Of a stretch of DNA of 64,000 bases, positions 62,119-64,000 are shown in pieces; within the stretch, counting starts at the first letter, position 1, and every line of letters starts with the position of its first letter. The stretch spans positions 2,784 to 66,783 of the forward strand of contig JAXLQK010000029.1 of NCBI GenBank assembly GCA_046331665.1, written 5' to 3'. Made by a program: the position numbers and the translations under genes. The notes under the pieces are model-generated. The model saw only the letters and a program-made list of their open reading frames with translations. It had not been told where the DNA came from and did no database searches. This DNA is from Terriglobia bacterium (GTDB lineage Bacteria > Acidobacteriota > Terriglobia > Versatilivoradales > Versatilivoraceae).

Positions 62119-63552
62119 ATGATTCTCCATCTACAGCAAACTCTGTTGAATCGCCGAAATTTCCTGGGTCAATGTGGAATTCGTTTGGGCTCTGTCGCTC
62201 TGGCATCCCTGCTCGCTGATCAACACTCTCTTTCGTCGAATACGAGGGAACATTCAAATCCACTCGCCCCCAAACCCAGCCACTTTCCCGCCAAAGCAAA
62301 GAATGTCATTTATCTGTTTATGGTGGGAGGTCCGAGCCATTTGGATATGTTTGAGTACAAGCCCAAGCTCACCCAACTTACGGGAGAACCAATTCCGGAA
62401 TCTTATCTCCGAGACCAGAAATTCGCACAGATCAAGGAGAAACATCCCAAGATCATGGGGAGTCTTTGGAAGTACGCGCAGCATGGAGGGAGCGGCGCTT
62501 ATGTTTCTGAGCTATTGCCTCAGACGGCCTCCATCGTCGATGAGTTGACTATTCTCAAGACGGTTAAAACCGAGGAGATTGTTCATCCGTTTGCGGAATT
62601 ACTCATGAATACCGGTGTCCGTGACTACGGAAAACCTTCCCTGGGTGCATGGGTCACCTACGGGTTGGGCAGCGAATCGCAGAACCTGCCGGGTTTCGTC
62701 GTTCTGCAAACGGGTGGGTTTGCAAGGGCCAAAGCGGGAAACTACGGCAACGGCTTCTTGCCGGCCGCCTATCATGGCGTTCCTCTGCGAAATTCCGGCG
62801 AGCCCATCCTGAATCTTCAATCACCCCCGGGGGTTTCTGCCCGCCATCAAGAAGAACTGGCCGAAACGGTTACCGCGCTCAATGAACTTCGATTCGAACA
62901 AATGGGAGATGCCGAAATTTCGGCCAGAATTACGGCATACGAACTGGCTTTTCGGATGCAGATGAACGCCCCGGAATTGATCGACTTGACGGGCGAGAGC
63001 AAGCAGACACTGGCGCTGTATGGCGCGGAATTGGACAAGCCGTCCTTTGGACGCAGCTGCCTGTTGGCTCGGCGAATGGTGGAACGTGGCGTGCGGTTCG
63101 TTCAGCTATTTCATGGAGACTGGGATCATCACGGCAGTATCGCGGAGAAGCTCCCCGTCCTTTGCCACCAGATCGATCAAGGATGCGCGGCATTGGTGAA
63201 GGATTTAAGGCAACGCGGACTGCTGGATGAGACGCTGGTGGTTTGGGGGGGCGAATTCGGCCGCACACCTGTGGCACAACAACAAGAGTCGACCGCAGTC
63301 GGGCGTGACCATCATATTGAAGCCTTCGCCATTTGGATGGCCGGCGGCGGGACGAAGCCGGGGACGACGATTGGAGCGACCGACGACCTTGGCTACTACC
63401 CCGTTGAAGATTCCATTCACGTGCATGACCTGCAAGCCACGATCTTACACTTGTTGGGATTGGAACACACCAAGCTGACCTACCGATTCAAAGGACGTGA
63501 CTTTCGATTGACCGACGTCGGTGGAAATGTCGTGACCAAGGTGATTTCCTGA
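62119..63552 (+). CDS. DUF1501-family protein with Tat signal
   Basis: 'NRRNFLGQCG' Tat motif. Collinear with 58062..59564. Confidence 0.85.
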   Translation: MILHLQQTLLNRRNFLGQCGIRLGSVALASLLADQHSLSSNTREHSNPLAPKPSHFPAKAKNVIYLFMVGGPSHLDMFEYKPKLTQLTGEPIPESYLRDQKFAQIKEKHPKIMGSLWKYAQHGGSGAYVSELLPQTASIVDELTILKTVKTEEIVHPFAELLMNTGVRDYGKPSLGAWVTYGLGSESQNLPGFVVLQTGGFARAKAGNYGNGFLPAAYHGVPLRNSGEPILNLQSPPGVSARHQEELAETVTALNELRFEQMGDAEISARITAYELAFRMQMNAPELIDLTGESKQTLALYGAELDKPSFGRSCLLARRMVERGVRFVQLFHGDWDHHGSIAEKLPVLCHQIDQGCAALVKDLRQRGLLDETLVVWGGEFGRTPVAQQQESTAVGRDHHIEAFAIWMAGGGTKPGTTIGATDDLGYYPVEDSIHVHDLQATILHLLGLEHTKLTYRFKGRDFRLTDVGGNVVTKVIS

Positions 63553-63625
63553 ACCACGAGTCAAATTCGGTCCCATCCTGTCGCCTTTTGGTTGAGCTCA
63601 CTCCTTATTGAAGGGAGAAGTGAAC

Positions 63626-64000
63626 GTGACTGCAACTCAGGAAGGCTTGCGTTACGGCATGTTTCTTATGCCCATCCACAATCCAGCCAAGCCATTGGCG
63701 CAATGCTATGACGAGGATTTGGAGCTCATCGTCCAATGCGAGCGGCTGGGGTTCAGCGAATTCTGGTGTGGGGAGCATCATTCCTCGCTTTACGAAAATA
63801 TTGTGATGCCTGAAATCTTTCTCGCCAAGGCGCTCGGTTTGACGCGGTCAATTCGCTTGGGACCCGCTCCGGTCTGTCTCCAATATCATCACCCTGTTGA
63901 TGTCGCCAGTCGCCTCGCTTTTTTGGATCACTTGTCCCATGGACGGCTCGGGGTGTGCTTTGGTGTGGGCGCCGTTCCCACCGACATGGAGCTGTATGGC
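63626..64000 (+). CDS. LLM-class (luciferase-like) flavin-dependent oxidoreductase, N-terminal part; 3' end outside window
   Basis: GTG start after a GGGAG RBS. 'YGMFLMPIH...GFSEFWCGEHHSS' matches the LLM N-terminus. Confidence 0.65.
   Translation, partial: MTATQEGLRYGMFLMPIHNPAKPLAQCYDEDLELIVQCERLGFSEFWCGEHHSSLYENIVMPEIFLAKALGLTRSIRLGPAPVCLQYHHPVDVASRLAFLDHLSHGRLGVCFGVGAVPTDMELYG

Overview
The window is a 64-kb chromosomal segment that looks like a Planctomycetota-type genome, with GC roughly mid-50s%. The assignment rests on three tandem DUF1549/DUF1553 (PSCyt/PSD) + DUF1501 gene pairs with twin-arginine signals, a ThuA-like gene, a GH116-like gene, PQQ-propeller proteins and a LacI-PBP/AraC hybrid regulator. 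About 50 genes are supported, and most are accessory carbohydrate or sugar-acid metabolism. The main observations are as follows. (1) A tightly coupled minus-strand operon at 1.5-8.9 kb combines a RuBisCO-like protein (RLP) with a UxaC-like isomerase, a PfkB kinase, an Rpe-like epimerase, an alpha/beta hydrolase, a xylose-isomerase-like TIM-barrel protein and a Gfo/Idh/MocA dehydrogenase. This is a candidate uncharacterised sugar-acid pathway; the RLP C-terminal ~88 aa appears to be encoded in a separate, ATGA-overlapping frame. (2) An IS200/RAYT-type tyrosine transposase at 30.4 kb sits inside duplicated ~150-bp flanks and ~55-bp palindromic REP-like tandem arrays, within a ~6-kb zone of multiply frameshifted genes (two-component system, O-methyltransferase, DUF1501). 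(3) A 1116-aa CPBP/CAAX-protease-like membrane protein has arisen by internal tandem duplication, with a C9 homopolymer exactly at the duplication junction. (4) A second GC-rich hairpin repeat family recurs at three places with a compensatory stem substitution. (5) A 17-bp direct repeat in the divergent regulator/oxidoreductase intergenic region is a candidate operator. Several further genes (enolase-superfamily dehydratase, GH36-like hydrolase, an SDR) carry 2-3 clustered frameshifts while large neighbours are intact; this points to genuine decay over random error but needs read-level confirmation. No rRNA, tRNA or CRISPR loci were recognised.
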